From assembly GCF_006345805.1 (NCBI RefSeq), contig NC_043008.1, forward strand, positions 35,836,001-35,900,000: 64,000 nucleotides of DNA, read 5' to 3'. Position numbers and translations under genes: made by a program. The notes beneath the pieces were generated by a model that was given only the letters and a program-made list of their open reading frames with translations, was not told the DNA's origin and ran no database searches. Positions 1 through 11,789 of this stretch are shown here, piece by piece; the first letter of the stretch is position 1; every line of letters starts with the position of its first letter. The stretch is from Octopus sinensis. Taxonomy: Eukaryota.

Positions 1-192
1 GACAAAAATGAAGACTAGTGACTAAAATGACCAAAACTGTCGAAGTTTATTTAACCACAGAAATGAATCTTTAATTATACCAATTAATTATTAAAAAAAA
101 ATCATCATGTGTACTTATGTGTGTGGTGTAGATGTGTGCACAAGTATGAACATGTACATATATAGATGTCTTTGATTGTGTGTGTGTGTTTA

Positions 193-435
193 TATATCTA
201 CTAAATATCCGTGGAAAGGGCGGATATTGTCTCACAAGTAGTTGTGCAGGCAAAAGTGTTAGTAAATGTGATCGGATTGACCTGAAAATTTGCACACCTA
301 TGTTAAAAGTGCTAGGGAGTTTGCATGGCAACTTTGAGTTTGCACAATTGAAAGATGTGGCCTCTAGAGCAAAATTCCTCATCTTTAAAAAGTGGCCCAA
401 GTAGACCTGAATGAAATCAGGTTATAATGCTAGTA
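193..435 (+). mobile_element. Probable non-autonomous DNA/Helentron-type interspersed repeat
   Basis: Starts TATATATCTACTAAATATCC and ends ...TATAATGCTAGT in TA-rich context; no ORF. Confidence 0.3.
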
Positions 436-454
436 TATATATATATATATACTT

Positions 455-1500
455 CCGAACTATACGGTCATTATAGTGACGACTGTATCGGTGCGACCTC
501 ACTCTCCTGCGAACATCTAGACCTCTTCCTCTCTTTTGTCAAATCTTTCCATCCTGCCTTCCACTTCTCTTGTACTATTTCTGATACTTCAGTCGCCTTT
601 CTTGACATTTCGGTCAGTATTCATCACTCCACTCTTACCACCTCCATCCACTACAAACACACAGACTCATACTCATACCTCAACTTCTCCTCCTCCTAAA
701 CACACCAAGCTCTCCATCCTCTATTCCCAATTCCTCCATCTACACAGGATCTGCAGTGACGACCATGAATTTGAGACTTAGTCTCAACTCATGGCTCGCC
801 ACTTCATCCTATGTGGATATCCCCTCACCACTATCTATACTACTACCAGAACATATTCCATGAACCGTGCATCTGTTCTCACCCATCTGCCATTTCCCCT
901 CACCTACCACCCCACCATCCTACCTCTCCATCGCACCATTCTCCGAGCTTTTCAGTGACTCCAGTCCAACTCCTCCACTTCACACATCTTCCCTAACTGA
1001 CCCCTCTCCTTCAAATGAGCCCACAACCTACGAAACCTCTTGGTCCACAGCTTCTTCCCTAACCCAGCATCCCAACCCAGCTTGTACCCCTGCTCTGGCC
1101 CATGCTACCGCACTCGCCTTTACCTCTCCAGCACCACCCACCTCACAGGCACCCATCATCAACCCAATCATATCACTGACTCTTTCACCTGCACTTCTAG
1201 CAATGTCATCTACAGCATCTCCTGCTCTCTCTGTCCTTTTTTATACATAGGTCAAACAGGACGCTGTTTAGCTGACCAGTTCACAGAACACCTCCAAGAC
1301 ATCAGACTTGGCAACGACACCTCAGTCTCGCGTCATTTCCGCTCTACCAGTCATTCTTTACAACACCTGTCTGTGTTCAGATTTCCTTGCACAGGGGCCA
1401 TCAAGACTCCCGTCTTCGCTACGAACAGGGATTAATCTTCTCTCTTCGCTCCTTTGTGCCACAAGGGCTCAACGCTCCTTCCCTCTTCATCTAACCTTCC
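455..1500 (+). mobile_element. Degenerate Penelope-like retroelement (Neptune-type): RT thumb plus GIY-YIG endonuclease
   Basis: Frameshifted peptides VAFLDISVSI...HYKHTDSYSYLNFSSS, RICSDDHEF, CTSSNVIYSISCSLCPFLYIGQTGRCLADQFTEHLQDIR...SVSRHF. Confidence 0.85.
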
Positions 1501-2306
1501 TCCTCTCTTCTTCTCACACCTACTTCCTCCGACCCACCTCTCCTCTCTTGCTCTGACACCTACTTCTCCTCTTCACTCCTACCCACCTTCTCCCTTCATC
1601 GTCACCCCTCCCTCGTTACTACTCATTCCAATCCTATCAGCCCTATAGATCCCATCCCTTACACCCCACACTTGCTTCCCCCACTCTTGCCTCCTTCACA
1701 CCCCAGCACCACCACACCACACACTACCATACCACTACACTAGCACTAACCGCGCACACCAACACTAACCACTTCCCAGCACCCACAGCATCATCCACAT
1801 ACCTACACATGCATACACGCACACGTCAAGCCCACCAGCCTCCTTCCACATGCACATTCACGCTCTCACATACGCACGCGCACCTTCATTTTGGGATCAC
1901 CACTACTTTATTATCTCCCCTTCTTCCTAGCTCTCCTGTGTGATCTCTCTTTCCAACATTCACCATGATAGATCGCTAGCCACTGAACCTTTTCTATTTT
2001 CTCTCCCAGTTTATTTCTGTGTTCCTTTCACATACTCAACAAATTCTTAAGTGAATTGCGACCAGCATTCAATTGTTCTCAGCATGAATACGTTTGTTTG
2101 AATTGAATTTCCACTTACATAAACTCATTTGTTTGAAATGAGATTTCACTTGTATGAATACGTTTGAATTGAACTTCCATTTGTATGTGCACATTTTCAC
2201 TGTGTTACAATAAACCTTTTGTTGAAGACATTCTGATCTCCTGTGTTGTAGTTATTCATTGCTAACAAATTAAGTGTATAACATATTTTAGTCGTCCCCC
2301 AGGAAG

Positions 2307-2344
<38 letters not shown>

Positions 2345-2347
<3 letters not shown>

Positions 2348-2700
2348 TATATGACCAGTTCAAAAGTGTCTTTACCACTCCGTTGGAACACAGACAAGTG
2401 AACGAACCAATGGACATCTTTGCCGCCTCACCTATAACCAGCGAGGCTGTTGCAATGGAATACATTGACAGCGAAGAAGATATACTACTAGTTATAGATG
2501 AAGTGGACACAAACTCAACTGCTGGTCCTGATGGTTTCCCAGCAATCCTCCTCACATCGTGTAAGCATGCCCTGGCAAAACCCTTCCAGATTCTCTTCCA
2601 GAGCTTTCTTTCAAATGGCAAAGTGCCAAGCAAGCTGAAAGAGGGAATAATATGCCCAATCCATAAAGGGGGAAGCAGAGCAGATGCCAAAAACTATATC
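2345..2700 (+). mobile_element. CR1/L2-like LINE fragment, pre-RT region
   Basis: ORF 2383..2733: STAGPDGFPAILLTSCKHALAKPFQILFQSFLSNGKVPSKLKEGIICPIHKGGSRADAKNY. Confidence 0.85.
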
Positions 2701-2805
2701 AAACTCCATTCTTCACCTAGTGTCACATATTAGAGGAGGCTCTCAGTAATAACAGTGTAGCAAAACGGCAGTGCATCAGCATGGCCGCAGCTCTGAGCTG
2801 AAACT

Positions 2806-2811
2806 AGAGAA

Positions 2812-2850
<39 letters not shown>

Positions 2851-2972
2851 TATATATATATACATATACATACACATATATATATACGCACACACATATA
2901 TATACACACACACATATATATATATACATACACACACACACACATATATATATATCATATATATATATACAC

Positions 2973-3003
<31 letters not shown>

Positions 3004-3130
3004 CATATATATGTATATATATAGGGTGTATATATGTATATATATACAATATAATAACAATTTAACAAATAAAACATATGCATACATACATACATATATG
3101 TACATACCTACATCTATATGTATATATACA

Positions 3131-3200
<70 letters not shown>
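2806..3200. repeat. Compound (TA)n/(CA)n microsatellite
   Basis: Direct reading; further TA tracts at 2311-2351, 3814-3862, 4066-4247 and 5755-5810. Confidence 0.95.
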
Positions 3201-3203
<3 letters not shown>

Positions 3204-3861
3204 CACCACAAATAAACGTAGAACACAACGAGAAACGAAAACATAAAATCAAACAAGGAAACGGACTTTTTTTTAACAACGAAAAAACAGAGTACAAGAC
3301 AAACAATACAAGGAATATTCCCCTTCATCAACTGCCCCTGGTTCGACTCAATGCGTGTTTCGAAGGTAAGGGCAGAACACGATCCGGCCGAAGCAATCCT
3401 TCCTGCAAAATGAATTAAATAAAATTCTTTTGCAGAGGGGTAAAAAAAAAAAAGTGACAAGAACAGGACGTAAAAGCAATACAAATAAATAAAAATACAG
3501 TGAATAAAACAGGACAAGGAAACCAACAATAAGGGCTTTTTTAAACCTAGACGGTGGAAAAATTCGTTGGAACGCAATTCAGAAGATCGACTTGCTGCAT
3601 ACAAGAAGAAAGTCGATGTTGACTTGTTGAAAGTAGCGAGCAGAAGGAAGTTTAGTAGTCCGGTCAGCGGCCAGAGAGAGGAGAAGGAGTGAGAGAGAGA
3701 GAGGAAAAGAAACCAGAAAGGGTGAAAAATAAGGAGAGAGACAGGTAGAGAGGAAGACAGACAGGCAGGAAGGAAAGGTCAAGTAAAGAGTTGAGAGTGC
3801 GCGTCATAATTACGATATATATATATATATACGATATATACACGTTATATATATATATATA

Positions 3862-4065
3862 TAGTTAATCCAAACATGAAAGCACAAAAAAACACAACAA
3901 CGCGAGGACGTGGAACAAATATAGTATTATTGGGCGCTCAGGAAAGAAGGACGGTTTAACGTTTCTAGCGGAGCTCTTCGTCGGAAACATAGAAGGAAAG
4001 ATCCAGAGAAGGGAAGACAAAGGAAAAAAAATCGCCAACGGTACACACGCGGTCACATTTTGATA
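3862..4065 (-). mobile_element. Penelope pseudo-LTR-like repeat carrying a minimal hammerhead-like motif
   Basis: Embedded between TA tracts; minus strand reads GTTT-CCGACGA-AGAGCTCCGCTA-GAAACGTT-AAAC. Confidence 0.55.
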
Positions 4066-4203
4066 TATACGTTATATATACATGCATTATATAAATATAC
4101 GTTATATATATGCATTATATACATACGTTATATATATATGCATATATATATATGTTATATATATATATATATATAATAATATATATATACATATATATGT
4201 ATG

Positions 4204-4247
<44 letters not shown>

Positions 4248-4251
<4 letters not shown>

Positions 4252-4287
4252 TTAGTATTGTCCTTTGATCCTCGGTCGAAAATTTGC

Positions 4288-4334
<47 letters not shown>

Positions 4335-5250
4335 TATTATTATTACTATTTTCAGCTTCGCCTTGTATTGCATATTATTTCTCCATACAGGGGTTTTTTC
4401 AATGGCGGCCCATTTTCGCGGGGTCCACTATTTCCCTTCTCTCTCTCCCTCTTTTACGTTGTCTGCCATCCCCCCTCTTCCTTTGCTAAGAGCATTTTTA
4501 AGCCAGCCCGTCATATTCCCGTGTCAGGCCGAAGAACGAAATGTTCCCAAGATAAGAGAGTCTTTCTAATCTAATGTTGTGGTGAGCTGTTTATTATTTA
4601 TATTATTACTATTATTAGTAGTATTATTATTGTCCCTTTGATCCTCGGTCGAAAATTTGCTTATATTATTATTATTATTATTATTATATTATTATTATTA
4701 TTATTATTACTATTTTCAGCTTCGCCTTGTATTGCATATTATTCTCCATACAGGGGTTTTTTCAATGGCGGCCCATTTTCGCGGGGTTCCACTATTTCCC
4801 TTCTCTCTCTCCCTCTTTTACGTTGTCTGCCATCCCCCCTCTTCCTTTGCTAAGAGCATTTAAGCCAGCCCGTCATATTCCCGTGTCAGGCCGAAGAACG
4901 AAATGTTCCCAAGATAAGAGAGTCTTTCTAATCTAATGTTGTGGTTGAGCTGTTTATTATTTATTATTATTACTATTATTAGTAGTATTAGTATTGTCCC
5001 TTTGATCCTCGGTCGAAAATTTGCTTATTTTATTATTATTATTATATTATTATTATTATTTATTATTATTATTATTATTACTATTTTCAGCTTCGCCTTG
5101 TATGCATATTATTTCTCCATACAGGAGTTTTTTCAATGGCGGCCCATTTTCGCGGGGTTCCACTATTTCCCTTCTCTCTCTCCTCTTTTACGTTGTCTGC
5201 CATCCCCCCTCTTCCTTTGCTAAGAGCATTTTAAGCCAGCCGTCATATTC
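4248..5250 (+). repeat. Tandem array of about 2.7 copies of a ~365-bp unit with internal (ATT)n
   Basis: The sequence TTGATCCTCGGTCGAAAATTTGCTTA...GGCGGCCCATTTTCGCGGGG...GCTAAGAGCATTTT recurs at about 4250, 4620 and 4985. Confidence 0.95.
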
Positions 5251-5504
5251 CGGTGCACCCGCCCTTGCCCACCCCCACCACCAATACCGGATATCTCTAT
5301 ATTTTTGCTCCATCTATACCGGATGTCGCTTCTCCCACCACCATTATAGGTGTCTACTCTTCGAACCCCCCTCTTCAATACGCTATTTGACCATGCATTA
5401 CCCCTCTCTTGATATCCTACGTTCTACTTGCCTAGAACCTGTCATCATTTCTCTGAACCACCCCTCCCACTGGTGCTCCCCTATATTTCTCCCCCCCCCC
5501 CACA

Positions 5505-5750
5505 TAAAAAGCACCATCCGAACGTGGCCGATGCCAGACCCCTCTGGCACCTGTGCAGGTGGCACGTAAAAAAACACCCACTACACTCGCGGAGTGGTTG
5601 GCGTTAGGAAGGGCATCCAGCTGTAGAAACACTGCCAGACTAGACTGGAGCCTGGGGCAGTCCCGAGCTCCCCAGACCCCGGTCGAAACCGTCCAACCCG
5701 TGCTAGCGCGGAAAACGGACGTTAAATGATGATGATGATGATGACGATGA

Positions 5751-5752
<2 letters not shown>
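5505..5752 (+). mobile_element. SINE family C (GGAAGGGCATCCAGCTGTAG core, (GAT)n tail); further copies at about 23050-23290(-), 29940-30188(-), 48375-48635(+), 63633-63850(-)
   Basis: Shared TGGCGTTAGGAAGGGCATCCAGCTGTAGAAACACTGCCAGA...GGACGTTAAATGATGATG; the core is reminiscent of the V-SINE domain. Confidence 0.8.
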
Positions 5753-5801
<49 letters not shown>

Positions 5802-5819
5802 TATACATACACGTAAAAG

Positions 5820-7900
5820 TAACCCGCTGGAATGAATGTTTAACGCCGCATTGATGGATAAATAATTTCTTTATTTGTGAATTACAGCTACCATGAGTTT
5901 CATGTTAAGTATAGTGGGAAAATATCTAAGTATCTTAACAACTTTTCAAGCTAATCACATGGGAAAAGGTGTCCACTTCTATTTTGGAAAACAATCTCGT
6001 TTTGTTCATAGAATTTCTTGTAAATTCGCGTAAGTGGAACAAGGAATCAAGGGACGCTACTCTAGAAGGCATTTTTTGACTTCGTCTTTTCGGCAAATTA
6101 AAATTTTTTTTGCCTTTTTTGTATGATCTTATCCTGGGCATGGTGTTTCGTACTTGTATTTTGGAGCTTATTTCTTCTTTGTGTGGAGTTGTGACATTTC
6201 TTCTTTGTTGTGTGAATTTTGTGTGCTATGTGTGTTCACGTATATGGAGGGGCTAACCTGGTAGGGTTGCCCTCGTTTATAGGGGTCTTCTTTAAAGTCT
6301 TTGAAAGCAAAATATTGCTTATGTATGCAGGGAGAGAAGGTTTCATCCCTAATGTTTAAGATGTTTGTTGATTGAATATTTAATTTTTCAGTAATGCAGA
6401 GTTCACATTTGGTGCCCTGTCCACTGTATTATTTGGCTTATCTGGGGGTTACTTATCCCATCTTCTTCCCATGTCCGTATCATATTTGTTAGGGATGTCA
6501 CATGTTTTTTTTTTTTTTTGCTTTTGTCTCTTGTTGCATATACCTCTCCTTGAACGAGTTTCTCGTCTTTCCGATATACGTCCTTGGTATTCCGTTGGGG
6601 TCCATGACCTTGGCCTTGTATACAGGTTCTTTCTTGAGACAGTTGTTGTTTACAGGGTAGCAGTTTGGGCATCTGAAATTGCACTCTCTTTCTGAGATTT
6701 TTCTGGCATGTTTATGTTTATTGTGATTAAGTACTATTGACCCTATATTGGGGAGGCAACTATAGCTAACTTTAACGGTGTTTCTGTTGAAGGTGTTATG
6801 GTACTTGTGTGAATGTGGAAAGTGGTTGCCTGTTAGTTTTAAGAATTTCCTAGCTGTGTTACTAGCTGCATTCATGCTATAAGGCGGATTGAACCATAGG
6901 ATTTTTTTCTGTCTTCATCATCTTGGTCTATTTGAGCTTGGTTCAATGTAATGTATGCTATTCTTGGAGTTGTACCTTTCTAATGCAGCATTATAATATG
7001 AGGCTACTTTTGCAAACGTGTCTTTGTCGACGGATAAATTGGAGACTTGCTTGCTAATGTTATCAACTATTTGTTTAATTATTGCTGGTGGGTGGTTGGA
7101 ACTTATGTCTATACATGAGGCTTCGTCGTTTTCTGTGTGGTAGTGTTTGAATTATCCTGTGTTAAGATTTATGTTAATGTCTAGGAAGTCGACTTCTTAA
7201 AGGCTTGTATTAATTATAGTTCTTAGGCCTAGTTGGCTAAATATTTTGCATAATTTTTTCCTTATTCTATCCATACCATGTCCATTTTTATTATGTACTA
7301 TTCCCAGGCCATCACACCTGTATAAACCTATGTTAGCTTCTTTTTTAAGGACATCTAGTATATAAAAACATCCAAGGTCAGCTATCTCTGCCCTGCCGTA
7401 GCTCCCCATTGTTACATCAAACAATTCGCCTCCATTCTTTTTTACCCAATAGGAATTATTTTGAAAAAGTAATGACGTCCTTGTGTTCATAATTATGTCT
7501 ATATCAGTATTTGTTATAGTGACATATGTCTTGCTAAATTCCAGTGCCTTCTGAAGCAAGCTTTTGGAGATCAAGGGGTAGAACTCTATAGTGTCGAATT
7601 TATGAATTTGCATTTGGGTTTATCTTCTATTCCCTTAAACCATTCAATAGTTGCACTACTGCATATCCATTGGGTAAGATTTGTGTGTGCTCTGATATGT
7701 CGTATAATGTTATCTACTATAGATTTACTAATAATTCCTATTTCACTTTTTGTAGGATTTATTAATCTACAACGAGGGTTTTGTGTAAAATTGTTTTTAT
7801 GGGCTTTCAGGGTTATAAAAGAATCGCGTGGGATAAGCTTTTCTACTTTGTCGAGTATTTTAAACTTTGTGGCTAGATTTTTTTGCTTCTATATCAACTG
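5820..7900 (-). mobile_element. Degenerate Penelope-like retroelement, RT followed by GIY-YIG, CxCx5C-linker type
   Basis: Peptides ITLKAHKQNFTQNPRCRLINPTKSEIG, FDTIEFYPLI, FDVTMGSYGRAE, GLYRCDGL, VDFLDI, FNRNTVKVSYSCLPN, CNFRCPNCYPVNNNC, VYKAKV...TYIGKT. Confidence 0.9.
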
Positions 7901-7949
7901 AATTATAAGTGGTGGGGTTTGTTTTCTTGTATGGTTTAATTCACCACGT

Positions 7950-8950
7950 AGAGAGATATGTCAGAAAGACCAGGATTGGTGGAAGTAAAGCTTCGAGGAC
8001 AGTGGATCCCGTGCCCACTATAAAGGATTTTGAAGAAATAGCATCTAGGATAAAAAAAATTCCCGGTAAGGTGAATCAATGGGGGAGACAACTGACGTGC
8101 CCAGTGCCTCCCGGCCTAGTTTCCCAGAGAAGAGTAAGAGCAGGGATGTGTACACTTTTCGGCCTGGTCTTGAATTTCCTATAGTACCAACAAATTGAAG
8201 GAGCAGGAAGTTCGCGTCCGCACAAGAAAAAGTGGCACCTTGCCCACATTGCAGAATAATTCCATAAAGACGGTCCCTACACAAGTGTGAAACTTGACGG
8301 GTAGGTTCTCCAGTGGCCCGTATAATTTCGGAGGATTGTGTGTCGTCCGGAGCAGAAGTACAAGCTCACGAATAAGCGACTGCGACGACGTTATTGGTGG
8401 ATGATGGTGTGCCAGAGAATCCCACAATCTTGTTTGCGGAGGCAGTGAGTTGTTTAAGGGCCGTATGTTCTATCATGGGAGCTAAAATCGATTGGATATT
8501 AGAAGGCATCCTTGGGAAAAATAACTGTTTGGCGAATGACTGCTCTTCAAATGAACTATCGGTCAACACCCAGATCCATCGCAAAAACTCAGTGGGGGTT
8601 CGGTAACTGAGATGCTCATTCCGCTAGAGTGTGCAAAATTCACTTTCATCCGAAGGAGAGTAATGCCTGAGAACCTCAGTTTGAAGGATTTATAAGTCAT
8701 GTCCAATGGAGTTCCTGTTATCATATCGCGAACTGAAAGTGCGAGAGGAGTCGTTGTAAGGCACACTTGTGAACGTTTGCCGAAATTGGGTCGTCTTAGC
8801 TTAGATAGTTTTTAAGTTACCACGGGTGATGCTGAAACAAACAATTTGTCGCACAAAACAAATGTGTCATAGAAACAGCTCGTAAACTTTTCCTGGTTCG
8901 ATGTAGAAGAAGGTTAGTGAGGGCGCTCAGTAAAGGTTGTTTTTTTTTGT
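7950..8950 (-). mobile_element. Degenerate Gypsy-type gag (and possibly protease start) fragment
   Basis: Across two frames: LSVRDMITGTPLDMTYKSFK / TEVLRHYSPSDE...EHLSYRTPTEFLR...QLFFPRMPSNIQSILA...LKQLTASANKI, resembling the CsRn1-type gag pattern LGDRKPSxxLR...LFLQRLP. Confidence 0.55.
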
Positions 8951-9016
8951 TTTTTCCTTAGTTTATCATCGACAGATTCTTAGGGTAGTTAACTAACGTA
9001 CAAGTTATCTAGCTTA

Positions 9017-9262
9017 GATGCTAATATTGGTTTCAAGTTTTGGCAGCAATTTAGGAGAGGGGGCATCTGTCGATTACACCGACCCCAGTGCGCGACTGGT
9101 ACTTATTTTATCGACCTCGAAAGGACGAAAGATAAGGTCGACCTGGGCGGAATTTGAACTCAGAACGTAAAGACGGACGAAACGCCGCCATGCATTTTAC
9201 CTGGCGTGTTAACGATTCTGTACGAGATCGCCGCCTTACCTGAGATAGTAGTAGTAGTAGTT

Positions 9263-9316
<54 letters not shown>

Positions 9317-9492
9317 ATCCTTTCTACTAAAGGCACAAGGCCTGAAATTTTGGGAAAGGGGGAAAGTCGATTACATCGACCTCAGCGTGTAACTGGTATC
9401 TATTTCATCGACCCCGAAACGATGAAAGGCAAAGTTGGCCTCGGCGGAATTTGAACTCAGAACGTAAAGACGAACGAAATGCCACTAAGCAT
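9017..9492 (-). mobile_element. Two tandem SINE family A copies (tRNA head plus CORE-like domain) separated by an (AGT)n tail
   Basis: B-box-like GTTCTGAGTTCAAATTCC and CORE-like GCCTTTCATC...GGGGTCGATAAA; resembles the octopus OR-type tRNA SINEs. Confidence 0.85.
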
Positions 9493-9589
9493 AATAATAA
9501 TAATGAACTCATTGCATACAATGGTCAGGTTCACTGCGAGAATATTAATTCGTTCCAGTTGTTACAATGTTCTAATTCTCTCTGTCTGC

Positions 9590-10110
9590 CTGAGACAGCA
9601 CTCACACGGGGTGGGTTGAGCTGGCTTCATTCATCCTCAATACTGCATCACAAACGCCGACCAGGCCTGGCGATTTGAGGCTAACGACCGCGTGATCTTC
9701 AACTACTCCTTATTCCAGCGGCGAACACCGTAGACATGGGGGCCTAGGTTAGGTCCCAGATCAGCCTTGACTTTCATCAGCCAGGTTTTTCACCAACCCT
9801 GAAGGGGAGCTGGGGCAATTGCTTCGTAGATGAATTCTCCTGGTTGACGACGGAGGGCATGACCCAGCCAACGCAGACCTCTCGTTAGGATGACTTGTTG
9901 GAGGGAGGTGACTTTGCACTGGTGTCGTACCGAATTGTTGGAGACAAAGTGATGCCATCGGACACGAAGGATGCGGCGTAGACAGAGGTGATCGAAGGAT
10001 TCTAGTCGCTTAATATCTTCCACCCTCATCGGCCGTGACTCGCTGCCGTAAAGGAGAATCGTTCGCACTAGTGCTTGGTAGATCCGTACTTTGGTGGTGC
10101 GTAGGATCTC
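9590..10110 (-). mobile_element. RTE-clade LINE 3' fragment
   Basis: RTILLYGSES...RLESFDHLCLRRILRVRW...LRWLGHALR. Confidence 0.9.
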
Positions 10111-10282
10111 ATCTAATTATGAACCATCGGTTCATAATTGTCATTATAAAAGTGTTTTCTTATGAGGTTTGTTAGGATGGTAAAGGAGTTGCGGGGAAAC
10201 GGCCATGTTTGTTCGAATTAAGGTTTTAAAAACAACTTATCCACCACCATTATTTTCATATTTTATCTTCCTTTAGTAAAGG

Positions 10283-10483
10283 GATGGGCAACTTTTCCTC
10301 AACTGGGGACCCGCATCGCACCATTTCCAAGTGGGAGAGGGGCCCCATGATAAAACACATATGCATGAAATATTACTTGCCCACTTTACTCTGAATGTTT
10401 TTGCAGTTCTTCTTAATTTTATTTGTCTTAGTATGATATTAGCAACCTAGAAACTCGTCGAGGGCCACAGGTTGCCCGTTCCA
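10283..10483. mobile_element. hAT-like MITE
   Basis: Terminal inverted repeats GGGATGGGCAAC...GTTGCCCGTTCC. Confidence 0.55.
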
Positions 10484-10700
10484 CCAATGGGTCTGCGGCC
10501 ATGCTGGGGTACCACCTAGAAAGGTTTAACCAAAGAAATCGACCCCAATACTTGTTTTTGTCTTTTTTTTAATGTTATTTATTCTATCAGTCTCCCTTTT
10601 TTGCCAAATCGCTAAGTTACATGGATGTAAACAAACTAACACTGGTTGCTAAGTGGTGATGGTGAGGACAAGCACAAACACAAAAACACACACATAGGTA

Positions 10701-11415
10701 TGTAGCGGGCTGGATGCGGTGTGCCATACCAATTCAATATGATGTAGCCCACTACTAAATGTAGAGTATAGATGTAACTCTTCAAGGTTCTCGCGTCGGA
10801 GTAACCAGTGCACATCGAAGAATTAACACCAAGAAGGAAGAAATGTTATTTACATATATTTATTCGTTTACCCGACAGGTTGTTACAGAGACAGTAGCAA
10901 TTCTAGTGACAGTGACGACAAGGATGACTCGCTAGATAGTAGTTGATATGTAGAAAAATGTTGACTGTCAGTAGAGAGGGAAAGAGTAAGGTAGTCATGG
11001 TGCTGACTAGAAAGGAAGAAAGGATAAAGGCGGCATCGTCTTTCTTGCGGCCGAAAGCCTCTCTTAGCATGTCGAACGGAGGGCGAAATGAAGTGCTGCT
11101 CTTGGTTAACGCTGATGCAAAAGCGAGTGTTGCCTCTTGGTCTGGCTGACACCTAAGAGCCGGTGTTGCTCCTTGGTCATAGCTGACACATAAGAGAAAG
11201 AGATAGAAAATTCTCTCTGTTATATAGGCTATGGTCAGTAATGTAGGTCAAACCTTAAACAAAGGACTGACCTTTCTTTGACCAGTACAGGTCCTAGGGG
11301 ACGGAGTGTTTCCTCATCAGTCATCTAGTGTAGAGGATTTCCCGCTCGTTTTGACAAGCAACAAGCCGGTGGATTTGGTTTCAAATCTCAGGCAGGGTCA
11401 AGCTAGACACCCACA
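10701..11415 (-). mobile_element. Solo LTR with 4-bp TSD GGTA, inserted inside a SINE family B copy
   Basis: TG...CA termini; GGTA at 10697-10700 and 11416-11419; TATA-like CCTATATAAC and AATAAA (10859-10864) on the minus strand; SINE B halves on either side (about 10487-10700 and 11416-11590). Confidence 0.8.
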
Positions 11416-11789
11416 GGTACATGTATGTATGTATGTATGTATGTATGTATGTATGTATGTATGTATGTATGTATTATACCAAGTTCTCTCACAAGGCTTC
11501 GTTGACCCAGGGCTATGGTGCCACAGACTGGGACTGAACCTCAAAATCATATGGTTGTGAACCAAGGATCTTACCACGCAACCATGCCAAATGGATGCAA
11601 AATCTATTTTGTTTTCTCATTCAGAGGAAGAAAAAAGCAAATAAGTTTCATTAAGACTTAGTGCTGGGATCAGTGTATTTGTCAGTTGAAGAAGTAATAT
11701 AATCTATTTTTCTTCTCTTCAAGACTCGCTTCCCCACCTGAATTCAGATGTCCACTTTTGCACTGTTAAAGCTGGAGCGACATACCTTA

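Noticed and set aside
3300-3345. TTGATGA-AGGGGAATATTCCTT-GTAT on the minus strand as another hammerhead
   Set aside because: A stem II-like hairpin is present, but the first box is TTGATGA and the GAAA box is missing
2730-5223. Many ORFs rich in YI/IY, poly-L/I/Y, CV or HT (also 13217-13501, 21364-21742, 32704-33025, 49018-49763)
   Set aside because: They are translations of microsatellites and SINE interiors, not genes
4248-5250. Tandem repeats as a CRISPR array
   Set aside because: Eukaryotic context, long units, no unique spacers and no cas genes
11308-11320. CTGATGAGGAAAC on the minus strand inside the solo LTR as a hammerhead core
   Set aside because: The two core boxes are separated by one nucleotide, so there is no stem II, and stems I and III are weak; probably chance
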